DNA of 64,000 bases from Longimicrobiales bacterium (GCA_965249725.1 CBDFMQ010000002.1:992001-1056000); one strand, 5' to 3'; shown: positions 31,478 to 39,816, numbered from the stretch's first letter. Program-made: numbers and translations. Notes: generated by a model from the sequence alone, not told the origin.

Positions 31478-31926
31478 GAGTTCGTCCCGTCCTTGAGGCT
31501 CAATCCCAGCAGCCCTGCAACTTTTCCCTGGACGTCGAGGATCAGGCGCGCCTTCTCGAGTTCCTTCTCCAGGCGAGTGTTCTCGCGCTCCAGCTTGCGC
31601 ACTTTCCCCTCCAGCGGATTCCGTTCGCTCGGCTTTCGACCTCGTCTCTTCGACAGCGCTCTCAGCGACCCACTCCGCACCGCCTTGCGCCATGTCGTCA
31701 GGTGCGACGAGTACAAGCCCTCCCGTCGCAGGAGTCGCCCTACCTCTCCCGGCTCCGTGCACCGGTCCGCTTCTTCGACGACCCGCAGCTTGTACGACGG
31801 ACTAAACCGTCGGCGCGTCGGCTTATCTACCACCTCCGCGTCCGGAGCAGCTGCCGCGCTTCGCTTACCCTCCCAGGTTAGTGGGGCGATTCCATTCTCT
31901 TCCATTCTCTCTCGGTGTCTCAGCAT
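31474..31926 (-). CDS. IS3-like transposase OrfA
   Basis: Same as 27387-27839 except one E/K change. Confidence 0.85.
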   Translation of the reverse strand: MLRHRERMEENGIAPLTWEGKRSAAAAPDAEVVDKPTRRRFSPSYKLRVVEEADRCTEPGEVGRLLRREGLYSSHLTTWRKAVRSGSLRALSKRRGRKPSERNPLEGKVRKLERENTRLEKELEKARLILDVQGKVAGLLGLSLKDGTNS

Positions 31927-32242
31927 CCTCGGTTTCTCTGCCTTCGCCCTACTCTAATTCTTTACTCGTTCCGTGTCTCACCTAAGTTGGCAGAGAGGGC
32001 ACCAAGCTCGGCGGCCTCGATCGCCAGGCCCGTGTCCAGGTCGATGACACGTCCATGGCGCATTGTCGCAGCAACGGACAACGCCTTTTCGCGCCCTTCG
32101 CTGCGTAGGACATAGCGGTAGACCTCCAAGACAATGACGGAGGGCACGAGAAGTTCGTCCTCGGCGCTGAGGGGCTTCTCGAAGAAACCCGCGTTGGGCC
32201 CGCCGACAAAGAACTCAATCCAGCCCGAAGAATCCACCACGT

Positions 32243-32452
32243 TCATAATTCGCGGTCCGGCTCACGCTCGAAGTTGGGATCCATTCCCTTCAGGAATCCC
32301 CGCATCTCGGACATGGGACGGACGGGTACGAGTTCTACCCTTCCGCCCACGGCAAAGGCTTCAACCTTTTGGCCCGGGCGGATCCTCAATCGATCCCGCA
32401 CGTCCTTGGGGATTACCACCTGGTACTTGCTGGAAATCGTGACGGTAGACAC
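32243..32452 (-). CDS. AbrB/MazE-type antitoxin (VapB-like)
   Basis: TISSKYQVVIPKDVR..L.I.PG; 4-bp overlap with vapC. Confidence 0.9.
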   Translation of the reverse strand: MSTVTISSKYQVVIPKDVRDRLRIRPGQKVEAFAVGGRVELVPVRPMSEMRGFLKGMDPNFEREPDREL

Positions 32453-32475
32453 AACGCTATCTCCATCGATAGGCT

Positions 32476-32522
32476 TATCGTAAGACGATATGAACGTTAC
32501 GCTCCCTCCGCTGCAAGTTCAA
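32476..32522 (-). promoter_or_regulatory. Cassette-internal promoter and operator of vapBC
   Basis: TTGAAC-N17-TAACGT followed by palindrome TATCGT-ctt-ACGATA. Confidence 0.6.
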
Positions 32523-32548
32523 GGGGTTCGCGACAATGGCTTGGTGCG

Positions 32549-32648
32549 CTCTAACGGATTGCGATTCTGCTGCGCGACCAAGATGTGGACCGCAAGCGAA
32601 GCGCGCGAGCGAAATGCCTACCGCGTCAGTAGCAATCGCTTGTTAGGC
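32549..32648 (-). other. attC site (100 bp)
   Basis: GCCTAAC ... GTTAGAG; R' extension GTTAGAGCGCACC is complementary to GGTGCGCTCTAAC at the far end of the same cassette. Confidence 0.93.
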
Positions 32649-32658
32649 GGCGGGCCAG

Positions 32659-33132
32659 TCACCTGATTCCGTTCACTTCGTCGAAGGCGCGCACAAACGC
32701 CGTGTCGAAGCGCCCACGCTGGCTTTCCCAGAACTCAGCAAATGCGGTGGTCCGGTAACGTGCGTCAGCGAAAGCATAGGTCTGCAACACGCTCTCATCT
32801 ACAACACCTTCACGGAACTGCAGAAAGACGTTCTCTGCATTGCGAACCTGGGTGAACATTAGCAATCGTGCTGCTGTTGAATCGGCGGGCGTCAGATTCG
32901 TCGCTCCGCGCGCGCCGTCGGTAGACGGAAACACGGTGCTGTAAACCAGAGCCAAGTTCGGGGTAGAGCCCAACGTGAGGGTGAACTCCCGAGACGCCTC
33001 GGCCAGGGCTTGTCTCGTCTGCGCTCGCTGCGCGGCGGTATTCTGGCGTATCTCCAGGCCGACGAAGATGAGGGAAAGGACCACTGCGGCTGCCGAGAGT
33101 AGTTGACGTATCGCACCCGAGTCTCTTGCCAT
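32659..33132 (-). CDS. Cassette hypothetical protein with N-terminal TM helix
   Basis: 157 aa, AVVLSLIFVGLEIRQNT; fills a 610-bp cassette. Confidence 0.8.
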   Translation of the reverse strand: MARDSGAIRQLLSAAAVVLSLIFVGLEIRQNTAAQRAQTRQALAEASREFTLTLGSTPNLALVYSTVFPSTDGARGATNLTPADSTAARLLMFTQVRNAENVFLQFREGVVDESVLQTYAFADARYRTTAFAEFWESQRGRFDTAFVRAFDEVNGIR

Positions 33133-33158
33133 TTGCTCCCCGATGCAGTTCGAACGCC

Positions 33159-33258
33159 GCCTAACGGATTGCGATTCTGCTGCGCGACCAAGATGTGGAC
33201 CGCAAGCGAAGCGCGCGAGCGAAATGCCTACCGCGTCAGTAGCAATCGCTTGTTAGGC
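33159..33258 (-). other. attC site (100 bp)
   Basis: GCCTAAC ... GTTAGGC; body identical to the attC at 32549. Confidence 0.93.
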
Positions 33259-33267
33259 GGCGGGCCA

Positions 33268-34595
33268 GGTCCGGTAAAGAGACATGGTACACACTTAAGT
33301 AAAGGGACATGGGTTACAGTCGGCACCTCTGAAAGGAGGAGGCCGATGCCGTTCGAGGAGACTCATGTCATGGAAGAGAGAACGCGGTTTATCGAAGAAG
33401 CCCATCGCAGTCTTCGGAGCTTTGCTGCGGTGTGCGATCGATACGGGATTAGTCGCAAGACGGGCTACAAGTGGATGGATCGATGGCGGCGAGCCGGGCC
33501 AGCAGGTCTGGAGAATCGAGCGAGTCGACCCGGGCATTGCCCATGGGCTACGCCTAGTGAGGTGGTCGAGACGATCCTCGAGGTTAGACGCAAGTATGAC
33601 GACTTCGGGCCGAAGAAGATCCGGTGGTACCTGCAGACGCATCGGCCGGAGCTAGCACTGCCCTCACGACAGACGATGCACAACATCCTGGTGCGTCACG
33701 ACCTGGTGCCGAGGCGTCGGCGAAGGGTGCGCCGCTGGCACCCGGGTCGACCCGATACCAACGCATCTGAACCGAACGGGACGTGGACGGCCGACTTCAA
33801 GGGCGAGTTCCCGATGGGTGACGGTGAGCTGTGCTACCCGCTTACTGTGCAGGACATGCATTCGAGGTTCGTACTGGAGTGTTGGGGTCGTCCGGACGTG
33901 ACAATCGACGGCGTGATCCCAGTGTTCACGCGGCTATTTCGCCAACACGGTCTACCCGAACGGATCCGTACGGACAACGGCACTCCCTTCGCTTCGAACG
34001 CACTAGGCCGTCTCTCTCGGCTGTCCGTGTGGTTCCATTCAGGTGGGCATTCTGCCTGAGCTCATCGAGCCTGGCTGCCCTCAGCAGAACGGCAAGCACG
34101 AGAACATGCACCTGGTGCTAAAGAGGCGTACCACCCGACCTCCGAGCTCCAACATGCGGACCCAGCAGCAAGCGTTTCGAAGATTCAGGAAGCTCTACAA
34201 CGAAGTCCGGCCTCACGAGGCGTTGGACGGTGCCGTGCCCTCCAATCTCTACCGACCCTCACCTCGACCCTTCCCGAAGCAACTCGACCCGGTCACGTAT
34301 CCGGGCCACTTCGAGACCCGGCTCGTCAGCACGAACGGTGGCATCCGCTGGTACGGGGACCGTGTGCCCGTCGGCCGACTCTTCGCTGGGCATGAAGTCG
34401 GACTGGAAGAGATTGACCACGGTCTCTTTGAGGTCTACTTCGGACCCATCTGGCTAGGACGCTTTGTTGAACCCAAACGCCTCATCTTCGACTCCCTCGG
34501 ACGAGGGAAGAGACGAACTGGAGGCACTTGCAAAGGACGGAGAACTGTTACCCAGGTCTCTTGACTTAACTGTTACCCAGGTCCTTTACCGCTCA
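33268..34595 (+). mobile_element. IS481-family element
   Basis: Ends GGTCCGGTAAAG and (reverse) TGAGCGGTAAAG, internal TGTTACCCAGGTC x2; no target duplication seen. Confidence 0.85.
33346..34564 (+). pseudogene. IS481 transposase with frameshift near 34035
   Basis: GISRKTGYKW, WTADFKG and RTDNGTPF, then an extra C (TGG TTC CAT TCA); second frame has PQQNGKHE and RPHEAL. Confidence 0.85.
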
Positions 34596-34604
34596 ACGAC
34601 ACGC

Positions 34605-34904
34605 TCAGAGTCCCTTTAGGTTCGGCGGGAAGAGCCGAGACGACCGGAACACAGTGATCAGAGTCGCCACCTCTGCTTCGAGCCGGTAGACGATGCGATA
34701 CTCCCCGACGATGATCTCGCGGACATCATTCCGCCGCAACTCTGGCACGATTCGGCCAGACTCGGGGAAGATCGAGATCCGGGAAGTGGCCTCAAACAGT
34801 CGTTCCATCACGAGTCGGCCGTACCTCGGCGAGTCACGATCAATGAAGTCGCGGATCGATGTCAGATCATCGACCGCTTGGTCAGTCCATCTGACCTGCG
34901 TCAC
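34605..34904 (-). CDS. RelE/ParE-family toxin (cassette gene)
   Basis: VRWTDQAVDDL..I.DFI..DSP, FPESGRIVPE and YRIVY motifs. Confidence 0.9.
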   Translation of the reverse strand: MTQVRWTDQAVDDLTSIRDFIDRDSPRYGRLVMERLFEATSRISIFPESGRIVPELRRNDVREIIVGEYRIVYRLEAEVATLITVFRSSRLFPPNLKGL

Positions 34905-35083
34905 CCGAGGATGCGTTGCTTGGCTTCCTCGTGACTTACGGTCTGGTCAGCGTCGGCTTGCCGGAGACCCTCTTCGATCTTGGCCAGAAAGTAGAGGCGC
35001 TCCATGGCCTCTTCCACGGTCGTGTCTTCCGGAAGATCGCGGACTGCGTCTAGCACTCTCTCTTTGATCTTAGACTCGGACAT
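34901..35083 (-). CDS. Cognate antitoxin (60 aa)
   Basis: LPEDTT.EEAMERLY..KIEEGL..AD....SHEE; overlaps the toxin start. Confidence 0.85.
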   Translation of the reverse strand: MSESKIKERVLDAVRDLPEDTTVEEAMERLYFLAKIEEGLRQADADQTVSHEEAKQRILG

Positions 35084-35233
35084 CCGACCTACTCTCTGTC
35101 TGGGGACTCCCAGAATCTACACCATTGGGGGCCCACAGAGCCATGTACGAATGGGTCTCCCTGACAGACTGCCCTCACGGTTGGCTCAGCAGCCCAAGAT
35201 CAGAGTATGCAATGCGGTCAACGAATCCGCGCT

Positions 35234-35329
35234 CTATAACGGATTGCGATTCTGCTGCGCCGCCCGCCTGCTGACAAGCGCACAGCGCTTCGCTAGGTCT
35301 TCGGCGACAGCAGCAATCGCTTGTTAGAG
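35234..35329 (-). other. attC site (96 bp)
   Basis: CTCTAAC-AAGCG-ATTGCTGC ... GCAGAAT-CGCAATCC-GTTATAG; different central stem from the other three. Confidence 0.9.
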
Positions 35330-35333
35330 TGCA

Positions 35334-35867
35334 TCAGCCGCCGAGGGATGCCTCAGACCTCAGCAGCTCCAACGTAGTCCGCAGTTCCGCGATCTGCTCG
35401 ACGTAGAAGTCGGCGATGTTCGTTTCCCAGAGAACTCTTGAGAAGAGGGCCTCCGCGAATTCGGGATCGCCCACCAGGCCTTGGAGGTCCGGACTCGAGC
35501 TAGGAGGTGGCACGGAGAGGCGGCTCAAGCCCTCCTCTCGCATAACGGAGTACCACCCTCCGTACTCTCGAATGACGTCGAGCACGTCCTCGAACGCGCG
35601 CTCAGCGTAGGGCTCGTCGCTCTGCCCATTCTCGATCTCGGCCCGGGACTTCGCTAGCCGCAGAGCGAGTTCGCGGGTGGACAGGAGCTCGGCGGCTCCG
35701 GTTGCCACCATCGCGTCGTAAACACCAAAGGCAACACCAAAGTGACCGGATCGCCAATACGAAGTCGCGCCCAGCAGAAGCCCCTTCAAGGAGTCTGGGC
35801 TCGGTAGCGCCTGGCCACCGCCGTGTACATCGAGCAGCGTTCGCATACGCCCTAGCGATTCAGTCAC
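35334..35867 (-). CDS. Cassette hypothetical protein, possibly N-terminally truncated
   Basis: 177 aa, helical; stop 4 bp before attC. Confidence 0.6.
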   Translation of the reverse strand: MTESLGRMRTLLDVHGGGQALPSPDSLKGLLLGATSYWRSGHFGVAFGVYDAMVATGAAELLSTRELALRLAKSRAEIENGQSDEPYAERAFEDVLDVIREYGGWYSVMREEGLSRLSVPPPSSSPDLQGLVGDPEFAEALFSRVLWETNIADFYVEQIAELRTTLELLRSEASLGG

Positions 35868-36724
35868 TCCGGACGTCTTGCTTGGTAGATGAGTGCAGCG
35901 GCTCGCATCGGCCCACCGCTAATGCCGTCCAGCTTGAGGGGGAAGCCCACGAATACCACATCGTCTTCCCCGAGGATGCTCTCCAGATTGACGAGCCCTT
36001 CAATGTTGGGGATTCCGCGGGAGAGGAAGGCGTAGTGCTCTGCGACGACCTGCTCCGACCCAGAGGCGCCTTCGGCGGCGAGACGTCCGTACTCCGAGAA
36101 ACTCCCGGTGCTGGGCATGTCCGAAGCGAACGCCTTGATCGGGATCCCCGCCAGGTACTCCGCAGCGTCACCTGAGAGGTAGGGATACATCGGGAACTCG
36201 TCGGGGCCGGGAGCCTCATATGCAACGTGCAGGATGACGATGTCCCCTGATGCGATGCCCCTATCCATTAGTTCCGAGCGGGCAATCGGTTCGCCCGGCT
36301 CCTTGTGGCTGAAGTCGAACACCTTGGCCGGGCCAATGAACGCGTCCAGCGGCATCTCGTCGACCGCCGGCGCGCCTTCAATGACGTGGCTCGGCGCATC
36401 AACGTGGGCGCCCGCGTGATCGTAGAGCTCCACGAACGCATTGGCCACGTAGAGAGGATCTCTACGTATGATGTGCTCGAGAGTGGTGACGCCGCGCCGC
36501 CCTCGGTCACGGAGTTGACGTTCGCCACGCACCCGAGTCAGCAGGTCCTCTGTGATGGTTGGGCTGAGATCGACGATTTGGGCCGGTGCATTGAACAACG
36601 ACTCCGGCGACGGCTCACATGCGGTGGTCAATGCCAGGACAACCATCAGGGCGGTACCGCGACCCACCGTACGCTGTGCGGTCACGCGGCGGGTCACTTC
36701 CACTGCGTCGTGGTTCACTGTCAC
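35864..36724 (-). CDS. Cyclase / kynurenine formamidase-family metal hydrolase with lipoprotein-like signal
   Basis: HAGAHVDAPSH, NIEGLVNL, PLKL.G.SGGP.R; LALTTAC lipobox. Confidence 0.85.
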   Translation of the reverse strand: MTVNHDAVEVTRRVTAQRTVGRGTALMVVLALTTACEPSPESLFNAPAQIVDLSPTITEDLLTRVRGERQLRDRGRRGVTTLEHIIRRDPLYVANAFVELYDHAGAHVDAPSHVIEGAPAVDEMPLDAFIGPAKVFDFSHKEPGEPIARSELMDRGIASGDIVILHVAYEAPGPDEFPMYPYLSGDAAEYLAGIPIKAFASDMPSTGSFSEYGRLAAEGASGSEQVVAEHYAFLSRGIPNIEGLVNLESILGEDDVVFVGFPLKLDGISGGPMRAAALIYQARRPE

Positions 36725-36744
36725 CCCTTCGGAGAGTCCTATCC

Positions 36745-36780
36745 GCCGAACACCTTCAATCGCTTCCTAACTAATAACTT
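36745..36780 (-). other. Candidate attI
   Basis: Between the intI stop and the first cassette gene: minus strand AAGTTATTAGTTAGGAAGCGATTGAAGGTGTTCGGC; possible crossovers G|TT at 36771 or 36751. Confidence 0.4.
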
Positions 36781-36958
36781 GACCGCGCATCCTCTTGATG
36801 TCCTGAATCGGATACGCCGCGTGAATGGCAACGTAGGCAGCACCGAGAGAGACCGACAGACCCAACACAGTCCCCGCTTGTAGCTGATTTCGCCTGTGTG
36901 TTTGCACTGCGCCAGGGGCGTGTTTTTTGCTTGAAAGGAGCGGCTGGCGGCTGGCAGC

Positions 36959-37939
36959 CTAGTCCTCGTCGTCGGGTCGATCAAGTGGACTCCGCATGCC
37001 TAGGCCGGCGTCGGTGACAGCTTGCACGTAGATCATCGTTGTGCGGATGTCCTTGTGACCCATGAGCTTCTGCACGGAACGAGCGTCGTATCCCGCCCGA
37101 AACATCTCGGTGGCAAAGGATTTGCGGAGGGTATGGCAGTTGACGCGTTTGGAAATGGCGGATGCCCGGACAGCCTTCTTCATATGTCTTTGCATGGCCG
37201 ACGGATGGAGATGGTAACGACCCTTCCGCCCGGTCGTGGGATCACTCGACAATCGGCTCGAGGGAAACAGGAACTGCCAGCCGATGTCGTATCCCGCCTG
37301 CGGATCTTTGCGATGTAGTGCGCCTGGTAGTTGTGCCCAACCTCCTCCATCGCGCCTGTCCTGCTCGTGAAGTCCTGTAGCCGTCGATATCTGTCGTCTC
37401 AACGCAGCGGTGATGTGGGCCGGAAGCATGACCCGACGGTCCTTTGCGCCCTTGCCGTCTCGGATTTCAATCTCCACCAAGTCGAAGTCGATGTCTTTCA
37501 CCCGCAGCTGATGAGCCTCCGTCAGGCGGGCGCCTGTGCCATACATCAGAGAACCGAGGAGGCGATACTTACCGGACATGTGGTGGATCACGAGTTTGGC
37601 CTGTCCGTGGGATAACACCGTGGGTATTCGTTGGGGTTCTCGAGCCCGTGGCATGCCTTCCAGATCGTTACGGCCCAGAACCTCTCGAAAGAAGAACGTC
37701 AGCGCCGAGGTGGCCTGATTGCGACTCTTCGGCGCCAAACTCCGCTGATCGGTGAGAACGCTCAAGAACTCCTCCACGTGCGCCCTGGTCAAGTTCTGTA
37801 CCGGGGTATTGGGATAGGTCTCGGCGAATCTCTGGAGCCATCGGGCGTACACGTCTATCGTCCGAGGCTGGTAGCCCCTCTGCCTAAGAAGGCGGCGAGT
37901 GTCGGCGAGGGACCGCTCGAGATCGAATTTCTTTTCCAT
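36959..37939 (-). CDS. intI: Integron integrase
   Basis: YGTGAR..E, GKGAKDR, integron-specific ALHRK.P......WQFLFPS insert, HTLRKSFAT, MGHKDIRTTMIY. Confidence 0.95.
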   Translation of the reverse strand: MEKKFDLERSLADTRRLLRQRGYQPRTIDVYARWLQRFAETYPNTPVQNLTRAHVEEFLSVLTDQRSLAPKSRNQATSALTFFFREVLGRNDLEGMPRAREPQRIPTVLSHGQAKLVIHHMSGKYRLLGSLMYGTGARLTEAHQLRVKDIDFDLVEIEIRDGKGAKDRRVMLPAHITAALRRQISTATGLHEQDRRDGGGWAQLPGALHRKDPQAGYDIGWQFLFPSSRLSSDPTTGRKGRYHLHPSAMQRHMKKAVRASAISKRVNCHTLRKSFATEMFRAGYDARSVQKLMGHKDIRTTMIYVQAVTDAGLGMRSPLDRPDDED

Positions 37940-38302
37940 CAAAGAACGATCCCACTCGATCCGGGGCGGAGCCATGGGCTGGTGGGAGAAAAAGCGATCC
38001 GGGCCCACCTCCAGAGCTTGAGTTGGGCCTCCGAAGGAGTCAGGAGCAGACCCGAGCCCCTCACCCCCTAAGAGAAAGAGGGCAAGATCAAAGGAGAGAG
38101 CGACGACCTAGAGGCCCGTCACCTCCCCCCGAAGTGTGACATTTTCAACCGGCGTTGACACTCTGCTTAACAGAGAACAAATCTACCGAGCCCCCACCCC
38201 GAATCACTCTCGACCGCGCACGCACCGTGCACGCACCCTTCCCTGGCCCGAAAAGCAAAGACCGGCACAAGCGCGTAAGCTCATGCCGGCCTTTTCTTTA
38301 CA

Positions 38303-38478
38303 TCAGTCGGGGCGCCCGGATTGACGGAGCTTCGCTCCGTCGTCTCGGCGGAAGACCCAAGGGCCGCACTGCGGAAGAACTGACCGACGCCTCGGCTCGA
38401 ACCTACGGTTCTGGCGCCCGCCTCGCGGCGGTCACCGCGTCCTCGCCTTTCCGAGGCCGCTGAATCCGGGCGCTCCGA
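38303..38478. repeat. tRNA-linked palindromic element
   Basis: 20-bp copy of the tRNA-Pro 3' end (38303-38322 = 38530-38549), 16-bp inverted arm at 38463-38478, internal hairpins. Confidence 0.75.
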
Positions 38479-38494
38479 AAGAGGCTCCGGACAC

Positions 38495-38530
38495 AAAAAG
38501 GCTCCGCAACCACTCATGGTTGCGGAGTCT
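38495..38530 (-). terminator. Intrinsic terminator after tRNA-Pro
   Basis: AGACTCCGCAACCA-TGAG-TGGTTGCGGAGCCT followed by TTTT. Confidence 0.8.
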
Positions 38531-38533
38531 CAG

Positions 38534-38607
38534 TCGGGGCGCCCGGATTTGAACCGGGGACCCCCTGCTCCCAAAGCAGGTGCGCTACCGGACTGCGCCA
38601 CGCCCCG
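38534..38607 (-). tRNA. tRNA-Pro (TGG)
   Basis: CGGGGCGTGGCGCAGTCCGGTAGCGCACCTGCT-T-TGG-GAGCAGG...GGTTCAAATCC...CGCCCCGA; CCA not encoded. Confidence 0.96.
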
Positions 38608-39143
38608 TATGTCATCCTACATAACTGCGAATAAAGGTGTTATGGACTTCACATTCCTGCGACACAAAAGATCAGAGTTTCTCGATAGGGCACGTATAGG
38701 GCACACACAGCACGCTGCTAGGACTACCCATCGCGACTACCGGCAACGTCGTCTTGCGGGGGAAGATAACAATGCAAGGCGAGCACCTCTACCGCGTGAA
38801 GTATTCCGTCGTAGCGGCTGCGACCGAGTTGAGAGCTTTCAACAGGTGCAATGCCTCGTCGTCGCGTCGCGCACTAAGGACCCGTTGAAACCTCGGAAAG
38901 AAGTATCCGCACGGGACGGGCAAAAGCACCGCGACCGTGTAGGCGATGAGCGCCAACACAGTCGAGGCAAAGCCCAGGCTGCATCAGAAAGAGGTATAGG
39001 CTCCACAGGGATAAGATGCAGAAGACGGTAAGAAACAAAGCCGGATTGCTCATGAAGGACTTACCCCCTCACCCCTGGCTTCCCAGCCCCCTTTACGCAT
39101 CGTGGGCATCGAGTCACTCTTGCGGCCATGCAGCCTCTCACCT

Positions 39144-39725
39144 TCAACGCAGTTTGAACCACGCCAATCGCTGGTAGGTGCCCAACACTCCGTCATCAGA
39201 TGGCAACACGAAGAAGGGCACCCACCCCTCCCATGACGCACCCCTGAAGCCCTCCCCATCAAGCACATCCTCAAGACAGCAGGCCTCAAATAGTGGCTGT
39301 TCATGGATCACCCCTGCCCCCGACACAGCTTCCCAGTGTCCGTCCCACATACGGAACGCGGTACCCGGGTCGGCCAACTGGACGATTTCCACCCAAAAGC
39401 GGCCCAGTAGATACTCGAAGCCCGCCGGTGGCCCATCGTTGAATTGGTTGGCCGCCATCACCGTGTCCAGCGCCGCGGCGCCCGCGACATGACCAAGGTA
39501 CGTGAGACGGATCGTAGCCGGGTTACCGCCGCGCAGTCCGATGATATTCGAGAGGGTTAGCGTGTCGCCGACTATGGCAGGATTCTCTCGGCCATGGACG
39601 GGAGTTTCGTTTCCGCCGCTGTCGCTGGGGGGGTCCGGCGGGCTCGTCGGGTCTTCGCCACCACCACCGCAGGCGGCCAGCATAAGGGTTACCGCAACAA
39701 TGCGGATCATCATCATCTGCCACAT
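39144..39725 (-). CDS. Hypothetical lipoprotein (DUF4352-like fold possible)
   Basis: LMLAAC lipobox, RENPAIVG and ANQFNDGPPAGFEY motifs. Confidence 0.7.
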   Translation of the reverse strand: MWQMMMIRIVAVTLMLAACGGGGEDPTSPPDPPSDSGGNETPVHGRENPAIVGDTLTLSNIIGLRGGNPATIRLTYLGHVAGAAALDTVMAANQFNDGPPAGFEYLLGRFWVEIVQLADPGTAFRMWDGHWEAVSGAGVIHEQPLFEACCLEDVLDGEGFRGASWEGWVPFFVLPSDDGVLGTYQRLAWFKLR

Positions 39726-39816
39726 CGCATCCGTTCCCGCTTCCCCGCTAGGGGAGGCCGGCTGGAGGCATCCACGAATCACTATGTCCAGCAATGTGAT
39801 TCGGCGCCAGTGGCGG

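Larger units (their letters stand above)
30431..31998 (-). mobile_element. IS3-like element copy 2, complete (1568 bp)
   Basis: Subterminal IRs TGCCAACTTAGGTGAGACAC and TGTCAACGCCAGTGAGACAC; GCACC duplicated at 30426-30430 and 31999-32003. Confidence 0.93.
30290..32246 (-). pseudogene. vapC: VapC/PIN toxin interrupted by IS3-like element
   Basis: MNVVDSSGWIEF...AAELG | ASHGLPLADSIIYASA...WTQDADF* rejoins in frame when the IS and one GCACC are removed. Confidence 0.92.
29617..37939 (-). mobile_element. Chromosomal integron with co-oriented integrase and IS-eroded cassette array
   Basis: intI plus four attC sites; all cassette genes on the intI strand and downstream of it. Confidence 0.9.

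Noticed and set aside
27315..31998. Composite transposon formed by the two inverted IS3-like copies
   Set aside because: Copy 2 has its own target duplication inside vapC, indicating an independent insertion; copy 1 is truncated.
34030..34045. IS481 frameshift as programmed
   Set aside because: No slippery motif, and it falls inside the catalytic domain; a mutation or sequencing error is more likely.
30196..35329. Recurrent ~100-bp repeats as a CRISPR array
   Set aside because: Too long, spacers are whole genes, attC boxes are present and there are no cas genes.
38130..38190. LexA or CRP site upstream of intI (GAACaaatCTAC; TGTGAcattt)
   Set aside because: Only half-sites match, and the cognate motif for this lineage is unknown to me.
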